Shown here: positions 36,678 through 45,850 of the stretch, in pieces | How the letters are laid out: every line of letters begins with the position of its first letter | Position numbering within the stretch: the stretch's first letter is position 1 | From: an uncultured Bacilli bacterium | GTDB taxonomy: Bacteria > Bacillota_I > Bacilli_A > RF39 > UBA660 | Reading direction: 5' to 3' | NCBI GenBank assembly: GCA_947631285.1 | Contig: CANRKS010000001.1 | Location: 1 to 60,146 of the forward strand | Length of the DNA: 60,146 bases | Made by a program: the position numbers and the translations under genes | Notes under the pieces: generated by a model | Seen by the model: only the letters and a program-made list of their open reading frames with translations | The model's database searches: none | What the model was told of the DNA's origin: nothing

Positions 36678-37787
36678 ATGAAAAAAATAAAAGTAATGAG
36701 TATTTTTGGAACTAGACCAGAAGCTATTAAAATGGCACCCCTAGTTAAAGAGTTAGAAAAAAGAGAAGAAATCGAAAGCATTGTTTGTGTAACAGCTCAA
36801 CATAGAGAAATGCTTGATCAAGTTTTAAAGACGTTTAATATTAAACCTGATTATGATTTAAATATTATGCAAAAGGGTCAAACTTTAGGGGACATTACAA
36901 TTAAAGCGTTAAAGGGATTAGAAAAAATCATAAAAGAAGTAAAACCAGATTTAGTATTAGTTCATGGTGATACGACAACAGCTTTTGCCGGATCCTTAGC
37001 GGCGTTTTATAATGCAGTTTCCATTGGACATGTGGAAGCAGGACTTAGAACTAATGACAAATATAGTCCTTATCCAGAAGAAATGAATCGACAAATGATT
37101 GATCGGATGAGTGATATGTTATTTGCCCCGACTGATGTTAGTAAGAATAATTTACTTAAAGAAAACATAAAAGCTGAAAATATTTATGTTACGGGTAATA
37201 CAGTGATTGATGCATTAAAAACAACGGTCAAAGAAAATTATCATCATCCCGAGTTAGAATGGATTAAAGATAAAGAAAGAATGATTTTACTTACTTGTCA
37301 TCGAAGAGAGAATTTAGGAAAACCCATGGAGAGAATCTTTAAAGGTATAAAAAAAGTGGTGGAAGAAGTTCCTGATGTTAAAGTAATATATCCTATCCAT
37401 TTAAATCCTTTAGTAAGAGATACTGCGAATAAAATCTTTAAGGGAATAGATCGCGTTAAATTAATTGAGCCTTTAGAAGTTCATGACATGCATAATTTTC
37501 AAAATAAAGCTTACCTTGTTTTAACTGATTCAGGAGGATTGCAAGAAGAAGCACCATCTTTAGGAAAGCCTGTCTTAGTATTAAGAGATACTACTGAAAG
37601 GCCAGAGGGAATAAAGGCTGGTACTTTAAAATTAGTTGGTACTAGGGAAGATGCTATATATAAAGAGTGCAAGAAGTTATTAAAAGATTCTAAAGAATAT
37701 GAAAAGATGAGTAAAGCTTCTAACCCTTATGGTGATGGTAAGGCTAGTCTTTATATTGTTGATGCAATTATAAAGAGATTTAAATAG
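36678..37787 (+). CDS. mnaA: UDP-N-acetylglucosamine 2-epimerase (non-hydrolysing)
   Basis: IFGTRPEAIKMAPL, VHGDTTTAF, GHVEAGLRT, TDSGGLQEEAPSLGKPVLVLR. Confidence 0.9.
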   Translation: MKKIKVMSIFGTRPEAIKMAPLVKELEKREEIESIVCVTAQHREMLDQVLKTFNIKPDYDLNIMQKGQTLGDITIKALKGLEKIIKEVKPDLVLVHGDTTTAFAGSLAAFYNAVSIGHVEAGLRTNDKYSPYPEEMNRQMIDRMSDMLFAPTDVSKNNLLKENIKAENIYVTGNTVIDALKTTVKENYHHPELEWIKDKERMILLTCHRRENLGKPMERIFKGIKKVVEEVPDVKVIYPIHLNPLVRDTANKIFKGIDRVKLIEPLEVHDMHNFQNKAYLVLTDSGGLQEEAPSLGKPVLVLRDTTERPEGIKAGTLKLVGTREDAIYKECKKLLKDSKEYEKMSKASNPYGDGKASLYIVDAIIKRFK

Positions 37788-37813
37788 CTATTTTAGCTTG
37801 AAAGAAGGTTAGA

Positions 37814-39076
37814 ATGAAAGATAAAATATCTAAGTTAGTTAATGTCTATAAAAAGTATGGTTTATGGGGATTTATTAAAAAATGCTATCGCTATATTGTT
37901 GCTAATTATTTAGATAAAATTAGTTTGCTGGTTTTTCTAAATCCATATAGATATCATAAAATAATTAAAACATCTTTAGAAGGACAATATGATAGAGTAA
38001 TATTATGGCGAAGTAGTTTTGGCTATAATGTACCTCTTTTTCAAAGACCTCAACATATCGCTAATAATTTAGTTAAAAATAATTCTTTAGTTTTTTATGA
38101 AGTAACAACGATGACGGATAAAGTTAAAACAATAAAAAAACATCATGATAATTTATATTTATTTAATTTTAATAATATTTTGCTCAATAGAATATTAATG
38201 AAGGAACTAGCTAAAATAAATAAGCCAAAATATATTCAACTTTACTGTACTGATTGGAAATTAACGGTGCAAAATATTGAAGATTATTTAAAAAAAGGAT
38301 TTAAATTAATCTATGAATATGTCGATCATTTAAGTCCTATTTTAGCCGGCACCAAAGACTTACCTAAAAACATTCAAGATAAATTTGATTATGTTATGCA
38401 TAATCCTTCTGTTTATGTAGTTGTTACAGCTGAAGAATTAAAAAAAGATGTGGAAAAAAGACGAGGTAAAGAAAATTTAGCTTATTCTACGAATGGAGTT
38501 GATTATGCTTTCTTTCAAAAGATGGAAGATTATCCTTTAGAAAAAGAATACTTAGATATTATTAATAATGGTAAGATAAATATATGTTATTATGGAGCTT
38601 TAGCTAAATGGTTTGATTATAATTTAATTAAAAAAGTAGCTAAAACCGATAAATATAATATAATTTTATTTGGTTTAAAATATGATGATTCATATGATTT
38701 AAATAAAATGGATGAAGTAAAAAATGTTTATTTTTTAGGTGCTAAAGATTATCAAGTATTAAAATATTATGCTAAAATGAATGATATTTTAATTATTCCT
38801 TTTTTAATTAATGATATTACTAAATCAACTAGTCCAGTTAAAATATTTGAATATATGGCTTTATCATTGCCTATTGTAACGACTGATTTATTGGAATGTC
38901 ATAAATATAAGTCAGTTTTAATTGGGAGTGAAAAAGAGTTTTTAAAAAAATTAGAAGAAGCTTATAAATTAAAAAATGATCAAAAATATAAAAAATTATT
39001 ACAAAAAGAAGCAAAGGAAAATGATTGGCAAAATAAAGCTAAAATTATTGTTGATTTAATTAAAAAAGATGAGTAA
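37814..39076 (+). CDS. putative GT4-type glycosyltransferase
   Basis: C-terminal Rossmann half with the E-x7-E-like SPVKIFEYMALSLPIV. 420 aa. Confidence 0.45.
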   Translation: MKDKISKLVNVYKKYGLWGFIKKCYRYIVANYLDKISLLVFLNPYRYHKIIKTSLEGQYDRVILWRSSFGYNVPLFQRPQHIANNLVKNNSLVFYEVTTMTDKVKTIKKHHDNLYLFNFNNILLNRILMKELAKINKPKYIQLYCTDWKLTVQNIEDYLKKGFKLIYEYVDHLSPILAGTKDLPKNIQDKFDYVMHNPSVYVVVTAEELKKDVEKRRGKENLAYSTNGVDYAFFQKMEDYPLEKEYLDIINNGKINICYYGALAKWFDYNLIKKVAKTDKYNIILFGLKYDDSYDLNKMDEVKNVYFLGAKDYQVLKYYAKMNDILIIPFLINDITKSTSPVKIFEYMALSLPIVTTDLLECHKYKSVLIGSEKEFLKKLEEAYKLKNDQKYKKLLQKEAKENDWQNKAKIIVDLIKKDE

Positions 39077-39081
39077 TAAGC

Positions 39082-39107
39082 ACAAAAGAATTATTTGTTC
39101 ATATAAT
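39082..39107 (+). promoter_or_regulatory. possible mother-cell sigma (K/E-like) promoter of spoVIF
   Basis: AC (39082-39083), 16 nt, CATATAAT (39100-39107). The same octamer occurs upstream of dacB. Confidence 0.3.
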
Positions 39108-39124
39108 TTACTAGAAGGTGAAGT

Positions 39125-39367
39125 ATGAATTTAAATGATTCTTTTTTTAATAAGGTCGAAAAAAAGACGAAAGTAGATAAAAATACTATTATTAGTTTGG
39201 CTCAAAAATTACAAAATGGTAATATGAAAGATGAGAAAACTTTAAGAGAGGTAATTGATACATTAAGCCAGATGACAGGAAAAAAAGTAAGTAAAGAACA
39301 GAGTGACAAAATAATTTCTAAAGTAGTAGGGGGAGAAGTCCCAAAAAATATTGATAAGATGTTTTAA
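39125..39367 (+). CDS. spoVIF: stage VI sporulation protein F
   Basis: 80 aa. SFFNKVEKKTKV...LAQKLQNGNMKDEKTLREVI...KVSKEQSDKII parallels B. subtilis SpoVIF (YjcC). Confidence 0.7.
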   Translation: MNLNDSFFNKVEKKTKVDKNTIISLAQKLQNGNMKDEKTLREVIDTLSQMTGKKVSKEQSDKIISKVVGGEVPKNIDKMF

Positions 39368-39431
39368 AATATTGCAATATCTTGTTTTTTGTGATAATCT
39401 AATATAGTAAGAATAAAGAGGTGTAACCTAA

Positions 39432-40355
39432 ATGGAAGAATTTTTAAATAAATTATATAATTACGAATATTTTGGAACTTATTTGATGATTTCAATCGCG
39501 GTTTTAGTTTTGCTCTTTATTATCATTTTAATTTTTGGCAAAAAAGATCAAAAAAATAGAGAAATTGAAGCAACTAAAAAGTTACAACAATTAAATCCAG
39601 AAACAGGAAATCAAGTTAGTAATGAAAATAGTGAACTTAATGCCTTTAAGGAAACTAGCACGCCTCTTAGTGTAGAAGCTCCCGTTAATGCTATGAGTCT
39701 TAATGAAGCTCCGCTTAATCCTGAAGTTAAATCAAATGATATTTTAGAACCGAAACTAGAAAACGAAACAATTGTGGTTCCTAATCCTAGTAATAATCAA
39801 ATTATTCCAGATACCATAAATACTCCTCTTAATGAAATGTCAGTTAATAATATGAATGTTGATAATATGACTTCTCTTAATTCTCCAGTTAATAATCAAG
39901 AATTTATTAATCCTGTTATGCCAAATGAAAATTTAGTAAGCGAAGAAAGAAGAGAAGAAGAAAAACCGGTATTAGAAAAAGTAGAAGAACAACCATTTAG
40001 CTTTAGTAATGTCGTCGTTGAACCTATAACTCCAGTTATTCCAAAAGAAGATGTTAGTCCATATGAAGCTAAAGAAGTAAGTGTTCCAACTTTTAATTTT
40101 AACGATATTGTTTCGAATGAACCCTTAAAAAATCCTGAACCCGTAAATTCAGCAAAAGATATATTTAGTTCAGTTTATGCTCCAAATAGCGAGGTTAAAG
40201 AGCCATCACCTGTAGAGATGCCAATTAAAAAAGAAGAAGATGAAGATATTGAATTACCAACATTAAAAAAAGAAGTAGAAGAAATTGAAAAGCCAATTTT
40301 AAATGATTATAATTTAAATGATTTAGCTGGCGAATCATATGATATTAATGAATAA
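39432..40355 (+). CDS. bitopic membrane protein with long N/P/E-rich extracellular region
   Basis: TM segment YLMISIAVLVLLFIIILIF, then ~260 aa of low complexity (PLNEMSVNNMNVDNMTSLNSPVNNQEFINPVMPNEN...). Confidence 0.45.
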   Translation: MEEFLNKLYNYEYFGTYLMISIAVLVLLFIIILIFGKKDQKNREIEATKKLQQLNPETGNQVSNENSELNAFKETSTPLSVEAPVNAMSLNEAPLNPEVKSNDILEPKLENETIVVPNPSNNQIIPDTINTPLNEMSVNNMNVDNMTSLNSPVNNQEFINPVMPNENLVSEERREEEKPVLEKVEEQPFSFSNVVVEPITPVIPKEDVSPYEAKEVSVPTFNFNDIVSNEPLKNPEPVNSAKDIFSSVYAPNSEVKEPSPVEMPIKKEEDEDIELPTLKKEVEEIEKPILNDYNLNDLAGESYDINE

Positions 40356-40377
40356 TGAGCTTGATGCTCATTTTTTT
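40354..40377 (+). terminator. intrinsic terminator
   Basis: AATGAGC-TTGAT-GCTCATT followed by a T7 run. Confidence 0.7.
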
Positions 40378-40389
40378 CTGCTTATTCAT

Positions 40390-40418
40390 TTACTAAGTAG
40401 CATTATCCGTGATATAAT
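40390..40418 (+). promoter_or_regulatory. promoter with extended -10 for 40446..44384
   Basis: TGa-TATAAT (TATAAT at 40413-40418). The -35 (TTACTA) is weak. Confidence 0.5.
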
Positions 40419-40445
40419 TAGTTTAGATATAGTACGGAGTGTAGG

Positions 40446-43400
40446 ATGATGACAAAACTATTTAAAATATTAAATGTAGTAATCATAACAATGTTTTTAA
40501 ATATATTTGTAGTTAGGGCTGATGGCTGTAGTAACGTAAGAATTGTTACGGATGGAGTAGGTAGTCCAACTAGTTTTTCTTATGGTTATCAATCTGGCAG
40601 TGTTCGTTATAAAATTTATGATTATCGTGTTAGAGTTAATGGAGGTGCTAGTATCAGTGCCTATTGTCATAATCCTGGTATTCATGCTTGGGAAAAAACT
40701 AACGAAGTACTAAATTGTGAAAGAGAATTATTTGATCCAACGAATAATAGTGTTAAGCAAAATATTTATGATTCAGGGATCATATATCTTTTAAAATCTG
40801 CTCCTAATAAATGGTTAGCCATAAATTTATATCAATTATTATTTTCCGATAGAGTTGATGTTAGATATGCGGAAACTGATATGTATTCTTCTCAACTATA
40901 TTATTTAGAAAATCAAATCAATAAATATTTAGATGAAAAAAATGAAAATAATAAAGCCAAAAGATTAAGAGAAAAAGTAAGTGCCTTAAAGAAAACATAT
41001 GGCTCTAGTATAGGGAAAAAATATAGTGGCGTCAGTAGATATAATGATTCTAATGGTGTAGATAGCGCTATGGATTATGTTTTAAATGCCCTTGATGTTG
41101 CCATTGATTACGCAAATAATGGAGGACCAACTGTCAAAATAGGTAATCCAACCAGAAAGAAAGCTAATACGGAAACAGAGTTAAGATCAACTTTTACTTA
41201 TAAAATAGATATTAAAGAGTTTGCTGAAAATAGTGAAATTTATTTATCTTATAATTGTACAAGAGGCTGTAATATTGCTGATGTTAAATTTTATTTAAAT
41301 AATGAAGTAAAAAGTGCTTCTGAATTAAGTAATACAAATTTAGTCAAATTAGTTCAAAATAATAGTTCAAGTAAAAAATATTCAGGAACGGTTGAATTTG
41401 TTATTGAGTATAGTGGTCCAGTTAGAGAAGATTGTGATGAAACTAGATATAAAATAAGTTTAAAATATCGAGATGAAGCTTTAGCTGCCGAAGCATATGA
41501 GGTTGATGAGTGTTCTAATGTTGAAAAGTGCCAACGACTTTATGTTTTAGCAGGGAATAATACCCAAAATTATCGAACAACGGATATAGAAAATCAATTT
41601 CAATTATGTTCTACTTCTAAAGAAGTTGGAGAATGTAAGACTTATGTTGGTGATGCTTCTTGTGTCCCTTGTGAAGAAAATGATAATAAAGTAGAAATAA
41701 AAGAAGGTTATGATACGGAAGATGTATGTACTGAACCAACTGAAGATGATTTAAACATTAAAAAATGTGTTGCTAGTAATAGTGCCAGAGATACATCGGG
41801 AAATACTCATAAAAGTAATGATTATACAAGTGAAGCAGGCAGTGGCAATTTTGCTGGTACTGATGGAGGTAATGGTATTTATTGTAAAGAAGATTATACT
41901 TTAACCTTACCAGGTTCAAGAAAAGTAGATGCCGGAAGATATTTTGTCCTTCGTTCACAAATTGAAGGAACTAAGTCTTGTTATTCAACTAGAATAAAAG
42001 ATAATACTGCGACTAATTCGTCTGTCAAAGCGGCAGCTCAAAGTACAGTGAATGTCTATAAAAACTATGCCAAAGCCAAAGCTTTACTAGAGTGCTTAAA
42101 TGGAGGCGGAAGTGGTAGATGCCATGTGTCTTCGTTTTATACCAGCGGCGGTGTCTGCCGAACAAGACCCGTAACAAGGAAACGTTATGCTCAAAAAGAA
42201 GAAGATGAACCGTGTCCTGAAGGTTATACAGAAACTACGTTTGCTGGCAAGCCTACTTGTGAACAAGAGTATACAGACATTGATAGAATTTATTATTTAG
42301 TACCTGGTATTGATGTTTATTGGGATTATACATATTATAATGGTAACTCTTGCACACCAGTAACAGAAAATGCTTTTAAAACTTGGACAACTAGTAATCG
42401 TGGTAGATGGCTATGTTTAAATGATGATGAGCTAGCTGATTCTAAATTTATGGAAGAACTTTATAATAGTGTAGATGAATTAACTCCGTCCTTAGAGCGA
42501 GAATTAGGAGAAGAAGCTAATTTTACTTGTAACTGTACTGGCGATCCTTCTAAAGGTCCCGTTGATTGCCCTTGTTCTGGCCGGGGAGCCACTGGATTTA
42601 CCGCAGGTCTTGGTACAGGAGGAATGTGGTCAATTTTAAAAAATTATAATAAAGTCATTGGTTTTTATACTGGCGGCTCTGATATTGGTGGAGGTACGGT
42701 AACTGAAGGAGGCGGAGGTTACTCTGGAACTGGTGAAGGATCTTACGGAGTTACTTTAAATCCTAATCCATTTGGAGGCTGGCAAGTTGGTTATAACTTT
42801 AATCCAGAAATGCATTTTTGGTATCAAGAAAGATATATGAAAAATGTTTTAACTGATACTTTAGACCGTTATGATGAATCTATTGAAAGATTGGCGCCTT
42901 TATATTGTACGGGTGATGTTTCTGATGACTATGAAGAATGTTCTGGTCTTGGAGGATGGAAAAAATCTTTAAGCTTAGGGGCAATCGGAGATACAAGTGC
43001 CGATATTTATCAAGACCGAGCTTGTGCTTGTACAACAGAAGGATGTAAATGGTATACCTATGCTATTGCTAATGTTAAATATATTAAACAAACTGCTAAA
43101 GCTGAAGCTAAATTTGTAACACCTACCCAATTTTATAACATTTATCCAACCGGAGCAGTTCCTGTCGGATTACCAGGCTTAGAAATTGATAATGCGACAG
43201 TAATGGAAAATGGCTTACCAGTTGAGTTAGGTAGTGAAAGTGGGGGAAAAGTTTACTTATTATGGTATGAAAATTTAGGTGAATACTATAATGGTGATAC
43301 TTTAGGAAGAATTTGGGGTAATTATAATAGTGTGGTAGCTACAACCTTACAAGCGAGTGAAGCATGTCGAACTGAGAGATCTTCAATTATTTTTGAAGAT

Positions 43401-44384
43401 GAAACAAATGATGTTTACCATGATGAAGGACTTTATAAATGCCGTTATGATGTTAACGAATGTAGTCAATGTAAAGAAGAAGTGGACAATTATTGTGACC
43501 CAGCTTGTCCAAATGATCCTGATTGTCCAAGTTCTGGCAGTTGTTCTAGTGTAAGTGATGGTATGTGCAAAGCTGGTTGTCCTGCCGATCCGGATTGTTA
43601 TTGTGCATCTTGCCCTCCGGATATCAAAAACAGATGTGCTGTTTTAAAAGATGAAAATGGAGGAAGTCATTATTATGATAGAACCGGTAAAGAAACTAGT
43701 ATGGGAACATATTATTCTCAATGTTGTCCAAATGGTAGATGCCAAGTAAATTGTAAGAGTTGCTTGTTTGATGGTACTGATCTAAAAGCTAGTTATAGAC
43801 AAATAACAAATGAGGACTTAAACCCTAATGATCGTTCTTTAGGTACTAACTGGGCTTGGGATAATAATATCAATACGGCCATTGAATTAAAAGCTTATGT
43901 AACAACTAAAGAAATTGAAGAAAATAGTAATTCAATTTATGAAGTTGATTTTGAAAATACTTCAGATGAACAAGATTTTGCCATGCAAGTTACGATGGAT
44001 CCAAAAGCTGTAAATTGGATTAGAGATTATAATCAAACGGCTTCGGGAGGATATCTAAATAATACTTTAGAGTGCTATGATCTAGAAGTTGGGGAAAATA
44101 TTTACGATAATGTTTATTGCTATAGTACTTTCATTGATGAAATGATTAATGATAATGTTGGTAATATTAAAATTGCAGGAGCTGAAAGACCAATGGATGA
44201 AAATGGCCGAAAAGCTTATAGTAATGGTTATTTTATAAGTTGGCAAACTGATAATATTAATACCCAAGAATGGGAAGTAAGAACCGAAAGAGGAATTGAA
44301 TACTATACATCTAATTTTGGTATGGTATACGATAAGACAGCAAATAAAGATGTAGATTATCGGGTTGGACCTTCTTGGAAATAA
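40446..44384 (+). CDS. giant secreted cysteine-rich protein, unknown function
   Basis: 1312 aa with signal peptide MMTKLFKILNVVIITMFLNIFVVRADG. I hand-counted ~53 Cys. It has a Gly-rich segment and a 109-aa stretch with 18 Cys that includes CPNDPDC and CPADPDC. There is no LPXTG motif and no C-terminal TM segment. Confidence 0.6.
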   Translation: MMTKLFKILNVVIITMFLNIFVVRADGCSNVRIVTDGVGSPTSFSYGYQSGSVRYKIYDYRVRVNGGASISAYCHNPGIHAWEKTNEVLNCERELFDPTNNSVKQNIYDSGIIYLLKSAPNKWLAINLYQLLFSDRVDVRYAETDMYSSQLYYLENQINKYLDEKNENNKAKRLREKVSALKKTYGSSIGKKYSGVSRYNDSNGVDSAMDYVLNALDVAIDYANNGGPTVKIGNPTRKKANTETELRSTFTYKIDIKEFAENSEIYLSYNCTRGCNIADVKFYLNNEVKSASELSNTNLVKLVQNNSSSKKYSGTVEFVIEYSGPVREDCDETRYKISLKYRDEALAAEAYEVDECSNVEKCQRLYVLAGNNTQNYRTTDIENQFQLCSTSKEVGECKTYVGDASCVPCEENDNKVEIKEGYDTEDVCTEPTEDDLNIKKCVASNSARDTSGNTHKSNDYTSEAGSGNFAGTDGGNGIYCKEDYTLTLPGSRKVDAGRYFVLRSQIEGTKSCYSTRIKDNTATNSSVKAAAQSTVNVYKNYAKAKALLECLNGGGSGRCHVSSFYTSGGVCRTRPVTRKRYAQKEEDEPCPEGYTETTFAGKPTCEQEYTDIDRIYYLVPGIDVYWDYTYYNGNSCTPVTENAFKTWTTSNRGRWLCLNDDELADSKFMEELYNSVDELTPSLERELGEEANFTCNCTGDPSKGPVDCPCSGRGATGFTAGLGTGGMWSILKNYNKVIGFYTGGSDIGGGTVTEGGGGYSGTGEGSYGVTLNPNPFGGWQVGYNFNPEMHFWYQERYMKNVLTDTLDRYDESIERLAPLYCTGDVSDDYEECSGLGGWKKSLSLGAIGDTSADIYQDRACACTTEGCKWYTYAIANVKYIKQTAKAEAKFVTPTQFYNIYPTGAVPVGLPGLEIDNATVMENGLPVELGSESGGKVYLLWYENLGEYYNGDTLGRIWGNYNSVVATTLQASEACRTERSSIIFEDETNDVYHDEGLYKCRYDVNECSQCKEEVDNYCDPACPNDPDCPSSGSCSSVSDGMCKAGCPADPDCYCASCPPDIKNRCAVLKDENGGSHYYDRTGKETSMGTYYSQCCPNGRCQVNCKSCLFDGTDLKASYRQITNEDLNPNDRSLGTNWAWDNNINTAIELKAYVTTKEIEENSNSIYEVDFENTSDEQDFAMQVTMDPKAVNWIRDYNQTASGGYLNNTLECYDLEVGENIYDNVYCYSTFIDEMINDNVGNIKIAGAERPMDENGRKAYSNGYFISWQTDNINTQEWEVRTERGIEYYTSNFGMVYDKTANKDVDYRVGPSWK

Positions 44385-44396
44385 AAAAATAAAAAA

Positions 44397-44417
44397 AATC
44401 AAGTAATAGCCTTGATT
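44397..44417. terminator. hairpin after the giant ORF
   Basis: AATCAAG-TAATAGC-CTTGATT. The T run is poor on the plus strand and long on the minus strand. Confidence 0.35.
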
Positions 44418-44465
44418 CTTCTTAGAACATGTAGTATTATTTATTTAAATAGAGAGTGGTAGTAA

Positions 44466-44822
44466 ATGAATAGAAACAAAGATATCTTAAAATATTGTCC
44501 TAATTATTATACTATAATCAATTTTGATTTTAAGGAAAGTGATTTAGTAAGTGATAGATTAATAAAAGTTTATAAAAGCTATATCTTTTCTATCGATGAA
44601 AATAATTTAGATGATATTAAAAGAGTCCAAGAGTTAGATAGAGTTTTAGCTAGCTACATTAAGGATTATTTATTTAGAAGCACTCTGCAAAAAGAAATTG
44701 TAACTGTAAAAATTCAAAAAGATACTAATATTTTAAGAACTTTAGTAGATATAATTATTAAAATATTTACTAATTATGAAGAATATACAACGAGAAAAAT
44801 TTATATAAGTAAATGGATTTAA
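44466..44822 (+). CDS. hypothetical protein
   Basis: 118 aa. No recognisable motif. Confidence 0.4.
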   Translation: MNRNKDILKYCPNYYTIINFDFKESDLVSDRLIKVYKSYIFSIDENNLDDIKRVQELDRVLASYIKDYLFRSTLQKEIVTVKIQKDTNILRTLVDIIIKIFTNYEEYTTRKIYISKWI

Positions 44823-44823
44823 G

Positions 44824-44856
44824 ATAAGGAAAGTTAATCTTTTCTTATTTTTTTTA
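44824..44856 (+). terminator. intrinsic terminator of 44466..44822, embedded in the 3' end of the convergent gerKB-like gene
   Basis: 10-bp stem ATAAGGAAAG/CTTTTCTTAT (one G:U), 5-nt loop, T8 run. Confidence 0.65.
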
Positions 44857-45850
44857 AGTAAAAGAAAAGGGTAATAAAAAGAAGAAAGAAAATAAATAAG
44901 ACAAGAGGATAAGAATAGAAGACGGTAATGATAAAGCGATAGTTGCTGCCTACGATGAAAATACTTAAGATGATGGTTATAAAGATTGCTAAGTAATAAT
45001 AGATAGATTTGTATTTATGAGGGAGGATTTCTTTAACATTAAAAGTTAAAGTTGAAAGTGTTATAAACATATCAAAATACCATATAAAAGTTGAAAGATT
45101 TTCAATGTTTTCGATAAAATCAAGAATTTTAATTTGTTTTAAAACAGCATATTCAGGGAAACTATAAATTCTAATTAAAGGTTCACCTAAACATAAAATG
45201 GTTGATAAAGTAATTAAGAAGAGCATTAAACTAGAGATAAGATAAACTTTAAGTTCATATTTAAAATTATAATTATTAAAATTTAGAGTAATAATATTAG
45301 GTATTGTAGTAATGGATGCATAAATTAAAGAAGCTTTAATAATACCTTTTGAATTATTAGATAATATTGGTGTAATGGCTTTAAAGTCGATATATTTAAT
45401 CAGGGCAAAGATATAAATAATGATGGTAAAAATACTGATGACAAAAAGAAGATTACTTAAAGTTTCTAAAACTCTTTTTTCTTTATAAGTAAGATATATA
45501 GCTAAGAATAAGAAAGGTAAAATAACAATTATTTTTGGAGTGTATAGAAGATAAAAAGAGTTAACAAACATAGGAAGTAAAATTAAAATAATGGTTATTA
45601 AATAAAGATAAAAGAGAAAGAAAATAAATAAATAAAATTTGCCTAAATAACTATTTTTTAAAGTTTCTTTTAGATTGTTATCTTTTAGACATTCTTTAAT
45701 TTTACTATAAATAAAGAGAATAATAATTCCTAGCATGGTGCCAAGGATAAGAGATATCCAAGCATCTTTAGAGGCATTTTTAAAAAGTAAAAAGAAACCA
45801 ATTCCAAACATTGAAGAACTAGAAATAAAATAAGTTAATTTATTTTTCAT
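44834..45850 (-). CDS. gerKB: spore germination receptor subunit B (GerAB/GerKB family permease)
   Basis: ~10 TM segments with an APC-like profile. Last gene of an A-C-B operon. I prefer the ATG at 45850 (behind GAGGTGG) over the TTG at 45862. Confidence 0.75.
   Translation of the reverse strand: MKNKLTYFISSSSMFGIGFFLLFKNASKDAWISLILGTMLGIIILFIYSKIKECLKDNNLKETLKNSYLGKFYLFIFFLFYLYLITIILILLPMFVNSFYLLYTPKIIVILPFLFLAIYLTYKEKRVLETLSNLLFVISIFTIIIYIFALIKYIDFKAITPILSNNSKGIIKASLIYASITTIPNIITLNFNNYNFKYELKVYLISSLMLFLITLSTILCLGEPLIRIYSFPEYAVLKQIKILDFIENIENLSTFIWYFDMFITLSTLTFNVKEILPHKYKSIYYYLAIFITIILSIFIVGSNYRFIITVFYSYPLVLFIFFLLFITLFFYLKKIRKD

Noticed and set aside
32469-36781. Antisense ORFs 32469..32696 and 36581..36781.
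   Set aside because: They are shadow ORFs within or at the junction of well-supported glycosyltransferase, oxidoreductase and epimerase genes.
40662-40835. Thioester-domain-like motif (SAYCHNPG ... AINLYQLLF) at the N-terminus of the giant protein.
   Set aside because: The Y-C-x-N-P string resembles the Cys motif of Gram-positive thioester adhesins. However, the only nearby Gln is ~56 residues away, whereas the Cys-Gln spacing in known TEDs is roughly 150 residues. It also lacks the TQxA[IV]W context. This cannot be supported by eye, so I leave it as something for an HMM to test.
40497-44402. Overlapping ORFs 40497..40685 (-), 41773..41958 (-), 43357..43554 (+) and 44082..44402 (-) inside the giant ORF.
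   Set aside because: They are all embedded in a single uninterrupted 3.9-kb reading frame that has a signal peptide, promoter and RBS. I treat them as frame artefacts.
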